Positions 38,144 through 53,453 of a DNA stretch of 64,000 nucleotides are shown here, one piece after another. The DNA is from Chrysomallon squamiferum (taxonomy: Eukaryota > Animalia > Mollusca), in the NCBI GenBank assembly GCA_012295275.1, contig CM022670.1, positions 30,566,001-30,630,000 on the forward strand. Direction: 5' to 3'. The first letter of the stretch is position 1. Each line of letters starts with the position of its first letter. The notes under the pieces are model-generated. The model had not been told where the DNA came from. It searched no databases and saw only the letters and a program-made list of their open reading frames with translations. The translations under genes were made by a program, and so were the position numbers.

Positions 38144-41100
38144 ATATTTATTGTAATAATCCAAGTATGAACATTTTCAAAACGTTTCTGTGAAAGTGGA
38201 TATAGTTTACAAAATGAAAGAGAATTCCTTACAAAGAAAAATAGATCGGTCAGGTATACAAAGACTCCGTGCTGTACACACATACACACATACACACAGA
38301 GATACACACACACACAGACATACACATGCAATAAAAATAAGTGACAACGTATATAGTTATTACATAGAAATCAGTTTGTATTTCTATCGAATGGTTAAAA
38401 ACATGATAATAATAATACACGGAAGTTTCCTTTAAGAAATTAATTTGCTCCATATTTGATGCTTCCGTTTATTATTATTTTCTCCTTATAGACTGATAAA
38501 AATATCAGGAAATGTATAATAACCTCCACAAGACAAGATGAATCATTGATTGTCAGTGTTGTTGTTTTTTTAAACATAAAAATGATTTGAAAGAGACCCG
38601 ACTGATAACGCTACATCGATATTCATCAGTTATCAGCAAGATACTTGTCATAAAGCAGGCGTAGAAGTTGGAACGGGAAATAATTTTCTTTAGCTATTTG
38701 AATAGGGTGTTTTCAAAATTGTAGTCCTTTGCCTTTTACATGGTATGAAACTAAATTCGAATTTGAATTGTTTGTAATTCCAGTTAAAAATACAAATAGT
38801 AAAGTATTAAGTACTTTATTATTAAATATTGTTCATAAAAATATCTGACTGTTATTTTTCGCTTTATTTGTTTGTTTATTCGTTTATTTATTTATTTATT
38901 TAATTATTTATTTGTTGGTTATTGCCATACGGACAAATGAGTCTGTCATTTCAGTGATTTAACTGCTCCACATTAACTTAATGATTTAGTAATAGCAGAA
39001 CTCTATGGTCGCTGGTCATCAATCTGCAAGACTATGGTCGATAATGTGCGGCGATCCTAGAAACCATGAGTCTAAAAACTTATAGGTCGTACACAACAGG
39101 TATGTTGTAAATGGCTTGGTAATTAATATAAATGATAAATTAATATTGACAGTGGATTTGGAAATTAGTCTTGAAGAAGAGTTTTTATAATGTTATACCA
39201 GCTTACCATAATTTATCAATGTCCAAAGACATTCCCAATTATATCGTGCATCAAACTAACAAAGACGGGCACTTTTCTGTGACACTGAAATAAGATTAAG
39301 AGAGAGATGTCTGTTGTCGTAAAGAGTTTCTGAAGTCGATCGTACCAATCAGTCAGGCAGAGAGCTTCAATAAATCACTCGTTTGACGCGTTTCCACAAA
39401 GGTTCATTTTGGGCAAACATATTTGACATTTTTGTTTTAACCTATTGTTAGCAATTTAACCAAGGGTAATTTAAACTAGACAAAATGGCTGTTATTTGCT
39501 TCACCGGTTTTGGCAGAAGTAACCAGGAATAGCGTAATTAATAACACGACTAAGCTGCACCGAACGTCGTTAGTCAACTCCGTTAACGTTACACGTCAGC
39601 TGTAATGACATTTGGCTGCAGACTGTGAAAAAAATGAGACACATTTTTCATTGCATCGTGTGATCATGATGTCTGGTGAACGCTCGGTGCAGTTTAGTTA
39701 AAAGTTGTTATGGGACGTTACTTTTTGTTGTCTGAGCATGTTGCACCTCTAGAAGAATGAATAAGTTACATTCAATAAATCCTTTTGGTGAATTTTAATG
39801 CAGCCTTAATCCTACTACTACTACTACTACTACTACTACTGCCACTTATAATAATAATACAATTCCAATAATAACAACAATAATAATAAATAACAGTAAC
39901 AATAACAACAACAAAAATAACAACAAAAATAATATCAGTTAATATTCAGTCCTATCACCTTTAGTTTACAGACACTACGTACACACAGGTACAAACGTAT
40001 GGAAATAAATATTTATACAATATCGTTTTTTTATTTTGAAACCTTTCAGCCGTTTTTCCATTAGATTTTCAGTTAAGTTTTACCACGAGTCCCAAAGTGC
40101 TTTAAACATCTAACACTGTGCTGAGTGCTAGGATTAAATATTTATCAGATCTTACACTTCGCAAGCTAAACGCATGACCTGGAGTCAAAGTAAAGATAAG
40201 ACCATGTAAGCACTGAAGAACTGAGCTAGTTGTATAGAAGAAAGAAAATAATAGAAGAAAAAGGAAAAAAAAAAAGGTTTTCAGTTGGAGATTTCTCCTC
40301 TCATCTTGTTTTTACTAGAAGGCAACACTCACGTTTCTTTTCATCGCTAACAAGTATACAAGAAAAAAGAATTTCTCTGAAGTTATTTTAATATCACCGG
40401 AGATACACATTCAAAAAGTGTTTTGATTATGGTCACATAGTGAAAACAAGAATATCTAAAACCTGTCTCCAATGTATCTGCAAAGTTAAACCAAATATTT
40501 CCTCACTAAAGGACTTCAAAAAGTTAAAGATCACACCAATTATTTTACCCTGCGAACACTTCGTTGAGAAAAGTTCCCCGGAAGACGGAAGACTTATCTG
40601 GAAATTGATTTGAAATAATCACACGAGATCTGAAATCCAAGCTTTCCCACTATTCTGGAAACAAAGCGCGAGGTTTTCAACGATCTTCTAGCAATTTCAC
40701 ACACAAGAAATCTGTCTTCAGTTTATGACAGGTTAAATCATTTGATTGTTATGTTTATAGCTAGTAGGTTATTTATCTTAATTATTATCCAGTTTAAAAA
40801 CGAATTAGTGTTTAATTTAAAGACGACAGCTCCCTATGTCTTATAAAGTATAAATTTCAAATAATATGATACATTGACTGTTTTGTAAGTTTGAGACCGT
40901 TACCCTTGAAATTTCATTTTCAGGAAGTCAATTAACGAAATAAAGAATAAACTAATCAGTGAGATGACGTTATAATAATTCTGTTGATATATATCGGGGA
41001 TCTCTTTTTAACATTTCAACATCAAGGTTTATTTACTTATTTAAAAACTAATTATTAATATTGATTATTCCCTAAGCAGAGTATTCTCGCGAATCTAACA

Positions 41101-43552
41101 AAGGCATTAAAAGACAATTTCCAAAATAATAAAAGCAGATAACCAATCAAACAAGCAAAACATTTCTATACAAATAGCCAAAAAAGGTCCATCATTAAAA
41201 ACAAAAATAAAAAGGCGATAAATGAAAAGAAATAAAAATAATGATAATAAAAAAGTAAGTAAGTAAATAAATAAATTAATTAATTAATAAAAGAAGTAAT
41301 AATAACAAAACCAATACATCAACAGCAACATAAAATAAAAAGGGAAAGAAACAAAAAGAAAGAAAATAACAAATTAACAAAAACAGAACAACATATCTGT
41401 GTGTGTGTGTGTGTGTGTTTGTGTGTGCGTGTGTGTGTGTGTGTAACACAACACCATCGGAATAAAACTCAAGGAAAACAAATACGAGACTGGAAAAGGA
41501 CAAAAAGTTACATCAGCAGAAAAATAAAGTGTTATACAAATAAATAACACACTGATATTCTCCTGTGTATCTTAGTCTCTTTCATTGCAAGTGGTCACTA
41601 GGCCGGAATACTGCAGCCTACATCATTCAAACAGTGAGACAGTTTTGCTGCGATTTAAAACCAGTTTACAAAACATTTGTAACTTCATATCTTATTTGTC
41701 ACTGAACATCACTGGAGAAATACCGTATTTTTAATGACACGATTAATACATTATTCGATACTTAGATTAAGTTAATATTGACCGCTTCCAAATAAAGTGA
41801 TTTATTTTCTGTGTACCAATTTTGTTGCCTAAAACCTCTGAACTTAATGACATCTATAAGATTCGCTTTGTGACAGTAGTATCTTTTCACATTATCAGTA
41901 TTATCTGAAAATCCAGATAGCTGAGAGAAGCAGATGATAATAACAGCTTCGACTGCCGTAATCGAATATTGATGGAAAAGCAAATAAATACAACAAAGGT
42001 TTTTACGAAAGATTATAATCTGCTCTGTTATGATTGTTATTTTATATACTAATAAGTATATTTGATATTTTATTATACTAATAAGTAAATAAATTTTCAT
42101 GACTAAAATTGTACTACCTAACCCTGAGTGGATAACAATAATAAGCATAATCCACTTTCAGAGTTAATCATGGATACGACGTATTTCATCAAACAGATGA
42201 TGTAGAAAACATTGGTAGAGGACTCCATAAAATACTTACATTTATTATAAAGGCCTCGTAATATTTCACGATGTCGATATTAGCATTCTGTAATTCATGT
42301 AAAATTTAGAACTGTAAAACTGTATTTCATCTTTTCAAAAATTTAATTTCATTGACAGAAAATAAAGGAAAGCTTTAGACTGTTTAAAATTAAACTTTCA
42401 CATTATACTCATATGGAGGAAATAAACTTTATACTTTTAGAATATTTTAATTTACTGCACCTGTGTGGCGGGATGGATGAATGGTCTCAAAGAGGTCTTT
42501 ATAACTTCAAGTGATTATAATTATCATTTTGAGCCATCTATTAATAACTTAGTTCGACAATAAAAATAAAACTTTTGCAAAACATTTGAACGCCTCCATT
42601 TCACTTCTTCACAACCGGAATTGCAACGTATATCTGTAATTTTTCTCTATATGCGATAATGACAAGACTCAGAAAAAAAAGTCGCCCCTAAGTATTCTTA
42701 GTTGAATTATTTAGTTGTAATACTTCTATCCACTTTAAATGATCTTATGAAATTTTCTTAAAGTGAAATACCTTCTGCAAGTTATGTTTTATTTGTTTTC
42801 TGCCGTCACATTAAATTAATAACGACGTATAATTACAAAATAGTACAGTTTAAATATATATTTGGGCGCTGCCATAATTGAGCCATTTTATAATTTTGTG
42901 ATCGTGAAATCATCGGTTACAAAGTAGGATATATATGCCATAAAGTTCCTTTTAGTGTCTGAAAATGACGTCAGGATTCCGAAAATACAGCCATCAGACC
43001 GCCATGTACACAACGACGTCACGATTCCGTAAAGTAGTATAATGGCGGTAATCAGATATATTGTTCAAACAGTCTAATACAGTTTTATAGAATGTTGACG
43101 TATTTCTACATTGTTACCGGTGAACGATAATGAGTTAGTTTAACAACAAAAAATAATATTGGTAGTGAGACCCAACTTTTTACACATCAGTCAGCATGTA
43201 TACTTACATTATTTTATGCAGCAAGCCTACCGATTATTATTTTACTTTAGAACTGTTTTGAAAACACACAAATAAGTACACATTAACACATACATACATA
43301 CATACATACATACACATTATACATATATGATTATGAAAGATGTAGAATGTTTATGTTTTAAAATAGCTGTACATATTATATCTCACCTACAATCAAATGA
43401 TAATGCAGTCTGTTAAACTGATCATACACCATTTCTACGAGACTGTGAGATACTGCAATATCAGTATTTTTATATATATATATATATATGTGTGTATGTA
43501 TGTGTGTATGTCTATTAGCTTAAAATAATCAGTCATTTGTGTATCCAAAATA

Positions 43553-43800
43553 CAGTGAAACGTTTCGAAACAATGTCTGGAAAGTAAAATGTTCAAATTT
43601 GGGTCATTCGATTTACTTACATTTTAGTATTGATAATTTCTTTTATCATACTATACATATTTACCTTTTGATGATTATAAATATTATGTTCTGAAAGATG
43701 TTCAAAGCATTAATCTTTATAAATCACAAGAGCGCAGTAATCTATCGGTTTTGGAAAGAATTCCAATTTAGTCAGGGTCCGTTTTTGAGAAGTTTCATTG
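43553..43800. mobile_element. Degenerate pogo/Tc1-like MITE candidate (about 248 bp)
   Basis: Left TA|CAGTGAAACGTTTCGAAAC against right TTTTTGAGAAGTTTCATTG (reverse complement CAATGAAACTTCTCAAAAA): an imperfect TIR starting CAGT. The right-hand TA is not preserved. Confidence 0.4.
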
Positions 43801-46128
43801 AACTTACATTTCACATAAACAACCTTTGTGTTATCGTCCTCTGGACAGATAACTTGCCATTTAACAAACAGCTGTAAAACTCTTTAATTGTAAATTTATG
43901 AACATTGAAATCAGTGCAATTAGCTTTTAATTTGTTTTTAATTTACAAAATTACCCACATATACTCATTTGCTATTATCCCATTGTTCCTTTCTTACTTT
44001 CCTTAATACTACTTTGAAAAAATACATCAAAATTTCGAATACAATTTTAATAACTGGACAGAGGAGATACCTTATAAGAATAATTATTTTTATTAGCTTC
44101 TAATTTGTGTGTGCTCGAGCTTCCTTTAGGATAATTTTATACAGGTTACTGCTTAAAAAAAAATGTATATAACAACTCAGCGTATTTTAATTTGATAGGA
44201 AAGAAGAAATTGACTGAAATCAATGTTAAGCCTATCTCTCATCAAATGAGATCTTCGGTACTAAGTAATGTTCATCCCCAATGATAAAATTTTAGACATA
44301 TGGAAGCAGAATGCGTGTCTTTACATTGCATGGAAATTAACACCTGCAATACAGATTTCATTAATTTTCTGGTAAAACCTCTTGGGTTATCATATTTCTG
44401 TATTGTCTGGCTTTGATTTTTTTAATGTTCGTCTTCTTTGTACAGTTTTCTTATTGTACGTTGTATTATTTACATTGAGGTTAATCGCACAAAGCCCAAC
44501 TTTAGAAACTAATTAGTCTGAGCTGCGCACTAATATACAAAACTATCTGTCTTTATTCTCAATTCATTTAGACAGATCGCTTAAAGGTTACACTTCAAAA
44601 TTAGTATAAAAGCAAATTAATGAGCCTTTGTTCTTGTCAATAATTATTATGAATTTTATAATTTATTTCGCAAAAACAAATCAGCGTACGTCTATTGTAA
44701 TGTCATTGTACGAAGAACGTGTTACTGAAATTGAAGAACAAGTATGGTATCATGCAATTAAATTAATTCATAATTAACAACAACACAACAGCATCAACAA
44801 TAATAATATTAATAATACTAATACTAATACTAATAATACTAGTAATACTAATAATACTAATAATAATAATAAGTAAATAAATAAATAATAAAAGAAAATA
44901 TATTAAAAGCAAGGAAAACGGAATTATGTACGTTTGCACTGTTACCTGTTTGTTAACTTTCGTTTTAACGAATGAATAATTGGATATTTGTTTAGTGATA
45001 TCTCTACTCAGATGTTATCATGTCCTGATAATAATTTCAGTATAATGAAGAAAGCCGCCGTCCCTCAGCAACGAGCTTCACTTTATTATTACCAGCAAGA
45101 TCAGCCATTTAGTGAAATACCTTCAAAATGACAGGGATTTTGCGAAGTAAATAATTTCTTCAGTTGATTACAACAACAACAGCACTAACAATAATAAATG
45201 AATGAATGAATAAACAAATAAATACATAAATAAAGAAGAAAAAGGAAAACAATAACAATAATTAACCTCCTAGAAGAAACAACAACAACAACAAAATTAA
45301 AATAAACGGAAAACAAAAAATAATGTAATAAAATGCACTACTAATATGTCTATTATCTTATGCTATATCCGGTAATATGGATAAATATGAAAATAGGCTA
45401 CATTCTATAGTGACATTTCTGATTATACTGATATGGGAGTTTAAATCACAAAGAAAGAAATAGTGGGAACTGAACATATAGTTCGGCCGAGTATCTCAGA
45501 TAATGGAGAAAATAAAATAAAAAATCACAAAAATATAAACGACATTTGTCAATTTAGCGAGACATTTGTGGATATTTCCTGTAAAGAAATTTCTGTTTAT
45601 AACAAACTGTTCCATTAAAATGTGATCTTATTCTGAAAATACCCGACAGCTCTCTATGTGTTTGTGTACAAAAGTGTAAATACAGTAGCTGAGTATTCAT
45701 TCATCCATTTGAACCATATGGTGTATTTTTTGGTTCGTAATCTAGCTATCTATTTCTCTGTCCCTACGTTATAATAAATTTTAGAGAGAACTAAAACATC
45801 AATAGAGTAAGCTTCTTAATAATTCATTTGGGGTGTTTGACATAACACTGAATCATTTCCGTAGTATTTAAATTCCCTGACGTCACATTCGACAGTAAAT
45901 AGATCAGTTGGAATGAAATATAAATTACTTGTCAGATATTTATGTGTTAATAAAATCTCAGCTGTCTTGATCATCACCCATAACTTAATAATGTCGAGTG
46001 TATCATAATTATAACTGTAGTAATAAGTTTAATATTTTAGGAATGGTGCCATTTTGACAATGTGCGTGCTCCAGATATTTTACGTAAATAAAACATTATT
46101 TCAGAGACACAAAACCATCTGTATAATC

Positions 46129-46132
<4 letters not shown>

Positions 46133-46223
<91 letters not shown>

Positions 46224-46288
46224 TTGTGTGAGACTGTGCATGTGTGTGAGTGCGTATTGTGTGTGGTATGGTGTATGTGTTTGTGTGT
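46133..46288. repeat. (CT)n followed by degenerate (TG)n microsatellite
   Basis: Direct reading of the sequence. Confidence 0.9.
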
Positions 46289-46481
46289 TTATGAATCAGA
46301 TTTATTATATAAGCAATACAGCATAATTACTACTTCCAGCTTCTCCTTAAACTAAAGATGACTAAAACTAAGTTTACAATTAACGCTGTGATGTTATAGT
46401 AATAATGAAAAAAATAAAATAAAAAAAACATTTATTAATAATAATTTAAAAAACAATATATATATAGTTAAACTGATTCCT

Positions 46482-46512
<31 letters not shown>

Positions 46513-49500
46513 AAATATTAAATAAATAAATGATAAATGTTTTGTCAGCATGTTCGAGACCAGCCTTAGTTTAAACTGCAGCCATCGTTTTTTAATTTTA
46601 CATCATTTAAATTATTTCCCCTGGATTAATAATAAAAACTGATGATTACCTTGAATAAACTTTCGCTACTTGTAGAAACCTTAGATGACCAAGTTTTATT
46701 TCAATCCGAATCAGACGGCTTGTTTCTTAGGAATGACTTCATACAATTGTTTACTTCACATTTATAGCGCGAAATCCTCACGTAATAATACATAAATAAA
46801 TAAACAAAAACATCCTGCTTTTAAACTATATTTAAAATGCAATATTACCCAGTGTGATCGTCTATATTTTCTTCGACATTATATAACAGGGATTTGTGGC
46901 ACAAACTAAAGAGAAGAAAACATATGTTTCTAAATTAATATTTCAAGATCTCTTTTATAAATAGGAGCTCTCAGCTCAACATCATACAAACAAATTATCT
47001 CTTTTAGCTTTCTCAGTCACAGCTTTATAATTGACATACCAGAAATATGTTTCACATTATTTTTATTTTTGTTCAACCAAAACTTTGCAGCAATTTCAAG
47101 AAAAAAGGAAGAAGAAGAAGAATAAAAAAAGAACAAAATAACCCTAACATTTTATTATTATACATTCAAAATAAAACAGAAATAATTAATATGCTATTAA
47201 AATATTCCATGCTGATTATCTTTATTAGGCATTAGCATGATATCAACGAATCAAAGAAAAAATAATGTAAACCACATGGCAAGAAGAAAAATCTGGCGGC
47301 TGAAAAGAAGATTTTTACAATTACATGAAAAGCTATATAAACAATACATGACATTCCAAGGTTCTTGTCTTCACATATTTATTTATTTATCATTGTTACT
47401 ACTACCATTATTATTATTATTATTGCTGCTGGTGTTGTTGTTGTTGTTGTTACTTTTCATTTTATGTTATACTGAATCAGCACAGAATTGCATAACATTT
47501 TTCTAATAATCTCCCAGCAATCAGCGGGTTACGAAACATGCAGCCTCAGATGTGACTGTTTCAGGATCGATCTTCTGCCGTTAACATGTTATTTTATATT
47601 TTCCGTTCTTATTAGGGCTCAACAGCTTATTTACTAAAACATTTCCCGCTTATTGGATAAAGCCTATAAAATATCCCTTTTTGCTGGTATCTCTGAGTAG
47701 ACATGAACCGAAGTCGCCAAGATTCTAATTCCTTCAATTACCATACACGAAACATTTGACTGAGACCTGACAACGTTAACATTAAAATATGTAAGGATTC
47801 TTTCCTTCATCTCTCAGCAAACAAACTAATACAAAATAAAAGACAAATCTGCTAGAATTACGTTTTTTAAATTACGAAATCTTCAGATTTAGACATTGCA
47901 TATTAAACGTTTTAGTCTCGATATTTAATATGTATCCATGCTGACACTAAAGAGATGTATTATATAATTTTTTTTACAAATAAATTATTTGAATTAAATG
48001 AAAGGATAGATGGGTGGATGGATGGATGGATGGATGGATGGATAAAGACATTATTTATTTATTTACCATCATCATCATTATTCTTATTGTTATTATAATA
48101 TATTAAATAAATGTATGAGTAAATAAATAAATAAATAATTCCTGGCCAAATAGAAAAAATTTGGCTTTAATGCAGTTACAGAAATACGGTACATTTATTT
48201 TTACTTCTTTGCAACGTTTAAAATGGGGTGTCTCCACTTTGCCGGACGCTATTGTTCTTAGAAATCATTGATGTGCGCTGATCGCTAGTACAATAGGCGA
48301 TTATGGTATAGTTTAATTCAATAAATATGTTCAATCACTTCATCATTCATTTTATTGCATTTACAGTTAAAAAGTATAGACATTCATAACATCCATTTTA
48401 ACATTCACATAGGTAAAATTATAGTCATAACATCCACAGTAAATTGAAGGCTAAAGTGGATGTTACAAGTCTACAAGAAATGCGTTGACTGAAATCTCAG
48501 CATTGTCGCGTTCATGGTTTTCAAGATTTCGGTAGCTCGTAATTAAATCTCTCGAGGTATTAATAGTAGATGGACAACTGACTTTGCAACGCCTCCAATG
48601 AACAGTATCTCTTTCACTACTCTAGATCCTGAACTTGTGTCCATGGTGCACTAAACTACGCCCGCCACGTGAATTCGGAATGAATTTCAAATTGACCTGT
48701 ACGTTTGCCGTCCTGCAAGAATTGGTACTGCCAGCAGTGCATGGTGTATATATGTATGTGTGTGTGTGTGTGTATATATATATATACTTTTGTTTAAAAT
48801 ATACTCACTCGCCTAAACATGAATGTGTATGTGCTATCATGATACATGAATTAAGGTTACTCATTTCAACAATTTGCATGTGAGTTGTGATCGAGAGGTA
48901 AGATCAGATCAGGAAATTATAATGTGATTATAACTGCATCGTATACCAGTATTTAGTGGAACAGACTGTAACCACCCGTGCAATGGACATTTACCGTTAA
49001 TCTGTTCAGGCGTCCGGCAAAGTGGGGGTAAACAGTTTAAAATGCATGCAACTGGCATTTAACAAAACTGTTTCGATGTCTTTAGTAACAATAGCAGAAT
49101 AATTTTGTTCTGTGAAATTCGTGTTTGAATACATTTTAACGAGACAAGACGGATTATTTATTTTGTTAGGAAAACAGGATCGTGTTACATGCGAACCTGC
49201 TTCATGTTGAGTCATGACAACAGATTAATAGACACTGAATACTTTAGTGTCTCAGCCTTTCAAAGAAAATTCTTTTCAAACACAATGAAATTATTTCTTT
49301 GAGACTAATGGAATGTAATTCTCTGCTAAATAGATACAACCCCGGCTTGTTTGTAATAAAAACATGGATATTTCTAGATGTGAAAAAAAACAACATCTCT
49401 AGGCACTGCTTTCAAATCGATTATTGTTACTGTTTTATATTACTGCAGATATGCAGCATTGACAAGTTACTCTTCATAGTTATACTGGGACAGTTAATGT

Positions 49501-49689
49501 AATTTGTAAAAATACTGTTTTGTACTTATATCATTAATAAGTATTATATCTGAACTTGCCTGTTTGTAATGTTTATAGACATATATGTTTGTATGTGTAT
49601 GTATGTTTGTGTATAATATATGTGTAAGCATATTTTTGAATGTATTTATGTATGTATGCATGTATGTATGCACGTACTTACGTTTGTAT

Positions 49690-49860
49690 GTATGTATGTA
49701 TGCATGTATGTATTTAGGATTGAATATTCTCTGACTTATGTACGTCTGATTAGACTCTGCACAGATATAATATTTGGAACGCACTGGCACAAGTGGACAA
49801 AGTCCAGTTCTCGACCTCACAACCTCAGATACCGGTGGCGAGACTCTAATGTAAGTACGT
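49690..49860 (-). mobile_element. SINE-like interspersed repeat with (CATA)n tail
   Basis: TATGTACGTCTGATTAGACTCTGCACAGATATAATATTTGGAACGCACTGGCAC recurs at 9206-9260. Both copies directly follow (TATG)n tracts, and there is a B-box-like AGGTCGAGAAC on the minus strand at about 49807-49817. Confidence 0.5.
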
Positions 49861-50305
49861 CTGTTTCTGAATGTAGATTTTATGGGAGACATCTACTGCT
49901 ACTTCTCGTTATAACAGCCAAATGTACACTTGTTCATTATACACTTTATTTTGCATTCAGCTATATTTCCCAATAGCTGTAGATTTGGAGGATTCAAAGA
50001 AAATTATTCTGCACACTCTTCAACGGCCTTTAATAGTACTACATAATTGAGTTTATACTATTCTCAATTCCTCAGACAACTGCTTTCCAGTTCAGCAATA
50101 AACTGTAGCGCAATTTCTTGTCAACATGTATTTAACCTGTCTTAAAGTAGTCTTCACAGACACTAAGCTATGGGTGTCTGTTGAAGTTCGGCCTCTCTAT
50201 GACTACAGGCTTTAACTTAGCAGAAAAAAAAGTCCCCAAATACAACTATATTACTATTATTATTATTATTATTATTATTTTTACAAAGATGAAAAAGAAA
50301 AAAGA

Positions 50306-50310
50306 TAATA

Positions 50311-50386
<76 letters not shown>

Positions 50387-50392
50387 CATAAT
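50306..50392. repeat. (AAT)n microsatellite
   Basis: Direct reading; explains the poly-Ile ORFs. Confidence 0.95.
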
Positions 50393-50900
50393 TTTCTTTT
50401 CATTAATAGAAATAGATATGGTTATGATAAACATGTGTGAAGCACTTAATCTCAATTTCTTCAAACATGCCTAGAAATCTTCTGATCAAGATTCATTAAA
50501 AGAAATCTGTATACAATTATCAAGGCCCATCAAAACCATCTGTCCTTTGGGCAAGCAAATCATATGTGTTCTCCGGGGAGATGCATATGTAAAGACAGCG
50601 AGTGTTTCCGTCATCAACATCTGTCACAATCCTGACTGATGAGCTTATTTGAAGTGACAAATGAAAATATTTCTCTTATAAACCTTTTTAATTATTTCGT
50701 AAAAAAATACGTTAAGATATCAAGTAAATAAACTGAAAAATTAACTGATGTTAACTGTAAGTTTTGTAATTTAAAGAACAATTTTTTCGCTATTTTGTTT
50801 TTCATGTACAACAATTAATTTAATGAATAATTAACATTTATAAAAAGAAATATTCTTTCTTTTATATATATATAGATAATATTTAGATAAAGAGATAGAT

Positions 50901-50905
<5 letters not shown>

Positions 50906-50979
<74 letters not shown>
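50906..50979. repeat. (GA)n microsatellite
   Basis: Pure GA tract. Confidence 0.95.
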
Positions 50980-50982
<3 letters not shown>

Positions 50983-52809
50983 TTGAGGTGACCAGTAAGC
51001 AAACATTTGTAATTCATCCTATTACTATTTCAGAAACAATTACTGAGTGCATCCTCAAAGATCACGTACGTTTGATCTCTTTCTACCACTCTGCATGATT
51101 GTACCATATTTCAGATATCTAGTTTCGTTGTTCGGAGAAAGCTTCCTGATAATTTGGCTTGTCATTGTTGTCGAATTATCAACGGTTAACAGTTCGGTCA
51201 ACTATCACGACAATTATCGAACACACAAATGTCCATGGTAGTTTTAGCTGTACTCTGAGTAACGGTCGTCTAATCATTTTCTGACCATCTTCCTACGTTC
51301 CCATTCATATGGTAATAACGTTTGACAATTTGAGAAGAATATCAGCAACCCTTATGAAAAGGAGACGTCAAATGATTTAGTTACATCAGATTTCGGGCAA
51401 CTCATTTACAATGCAAGTGGTGAAACAAAAAGAAACGAAAAGACACACACACATACACACAGTAAAGAACATAATAATAATTAACAAAACAAAATAAATA
51501 ATATTGCACAAAATGAACACAATATTTCACATATTCTAACAATAGCTATGTGTGGTATTTTTATAATCTATTTTTTTCTTTTTGTTTTCTTTTTTACAGT
51601 ATGATGGTATATTGTCTTTCTCATTTACTGTATTATTATTACAAACAAGGAAGGGATTTCAAATGATATGGACGGATTGTTTTGTTTATAATATGAAAAT
51701 GACCCTCTGGCAAAAAGTAAATTACAGCTATGGTAGCTGTATTAGTAGTAGTAGTGGTAGTTGTGCCATTAATAGCAGTAATAGTAATATAGTGGTGACG
51801 GTGTGATGATGGGGATGATGGCAGCATTAGTAGTAGCAAAATTATCAGTAGTACAATTATGGTATTAGAAATATCTACTTGTTTTCTTCAGTTTGGTCGA
51901 CTGTTGTTGTTCATATTCTATCAATTTTCATTAACTGTTAACCCTGCATTATTTCACTTGTCTGACCACCATTCGCTTGTCAGAAGTAAGAAAAAATAAA
52001 AAAAGATCAAGTTTATTACGTTAGTTTTTATAGCCGACTGAACCATTTTGAATTAGACAATGACAGCCACAGACTTTTTGTCGACATTTCCTATCAAGCA
52101 TCCGAAGGTATAAAGCTCATTCTTGTCAGAGAGACGTGGAATACTCGCTACAAAGGACTGTCAAAATGGTTAGCTAATTAGTTTGATCGGTAATTTTTTA
52201 CCTAAGCATTATGCACAACTCCAGTCAACATTCTGCAAAAGTCACGAAAGAAAGAGGAATTTTGTAATGCATGTTGTCATTACAATAAAAAAACCCAAAA
52301 CAAATGACAACTGAATTGAAAAGGAAAAAAGAAGCAGAAAATAATTAGTTTTCAGCTTAGTAAGCATTTATATTTATTGAATGCAAAATAATTTTGTCTT
52401 ATGCAAATAATTTTGTCTTAAAAATAATAAAAATGAAATGTATGAAGCAGCGAAAGAGAAAGAGAAAAAAAATAGACACAAACCAAAAGCTACGGAACAA
52501 ATAGATGAATATCGACACATATTCAACATTTCTCTAAAACAAACTATTCATTTTCTGTTGTATAAGACAAAAATAATGTTGTCTATGGAAACATTTTTGC
52601 TCGAACCATCATTTTAAATTGTTCACATATTCTACATGAGAAGTTATATTTGATATCTCTATGAGAATTTGCACAGTTTAGAATCATAATAAGGAATGGG
52701 GAATTTAGATACATTAATATGTATTTTATGAATATCATCATAAAACATGATGGAGTTTAAACGTCACGGATTTAAAATTTGTTTATGGGACATAGTATCA
52801 AAAAGATTT

Positions 52810-53100
52810 CATGTCTAAATCTTAATATCGGACACTTAAATTCCAATACCTATAGATGCTATAGTCAGAAATGTATTGTATATCTAAAGGTATTAATGTC
52901 AGAACTTTAACATCTGTTTTAATATAAGTTTCGAAATGAAAGCTCTGTAGCCTTACTATAGGTCTGAATGTCAGAGTTCTGAAATCTGACTAGGTCTTAA
53001 TATCATAGCTTGGACATGTATATCATTAATGTAGGAATCTATTCAGAGCTTTAAATTATAGCTACAGTTTTAATGAAACAGCCTTAAAATGTGACTACTA
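52810..53100 (+). repeat. Highly degenerate minisatellite, about 30-bp unit
   Basis: Recurring (T)AGGTCTTAATGTCAGAGCTTTAAA-like blocks, e.g. GGTATTAATGTCAGAACTTTAA, GGTCTGAATGTCAGAGTTCTGAA, GGTCTTAATATCATAGCTT. Confidence 0.5.
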
Positions 53101-53376
53101 CAGAAGTAAAGATAATTTAAAAAGTCCATCCAATGAATAACTATTAAAATTTCTGTTATTTTCCATGTTGTCAAAGGTGCCAGAGCATTAGTACCTTCTA
53201 CGATCGGTTAATGACTATTTGATTCACTTCATGTTAAATTGACTGTACTTTTAATTTTGATGTTCATTCAGCAAGATTGATGGCTTGCATTTTAATAATA
53301 GTTTCTTTTGATTAGGATAAATGAGAAGAAATACTGAGTAAGAACATTAAACTGATAGGAAGGTATGCACATTTTT

Positions 53377-53390
53377 TGTATGTATGTATG

Positions 53391-53452
<62 letters not shown>
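53377..53452. repeat. (TATG)n microsatellite
   Basis: Direct reading of the sequence. Confidence 0.95.

Positions 53453-53453
<1 letters not shown>

Noticed and set aside
50130-50220. Imperfect hairpin or tiny MITE-like remnant
   Set aside because: Too degenerate to define TIRs or a target duplication.
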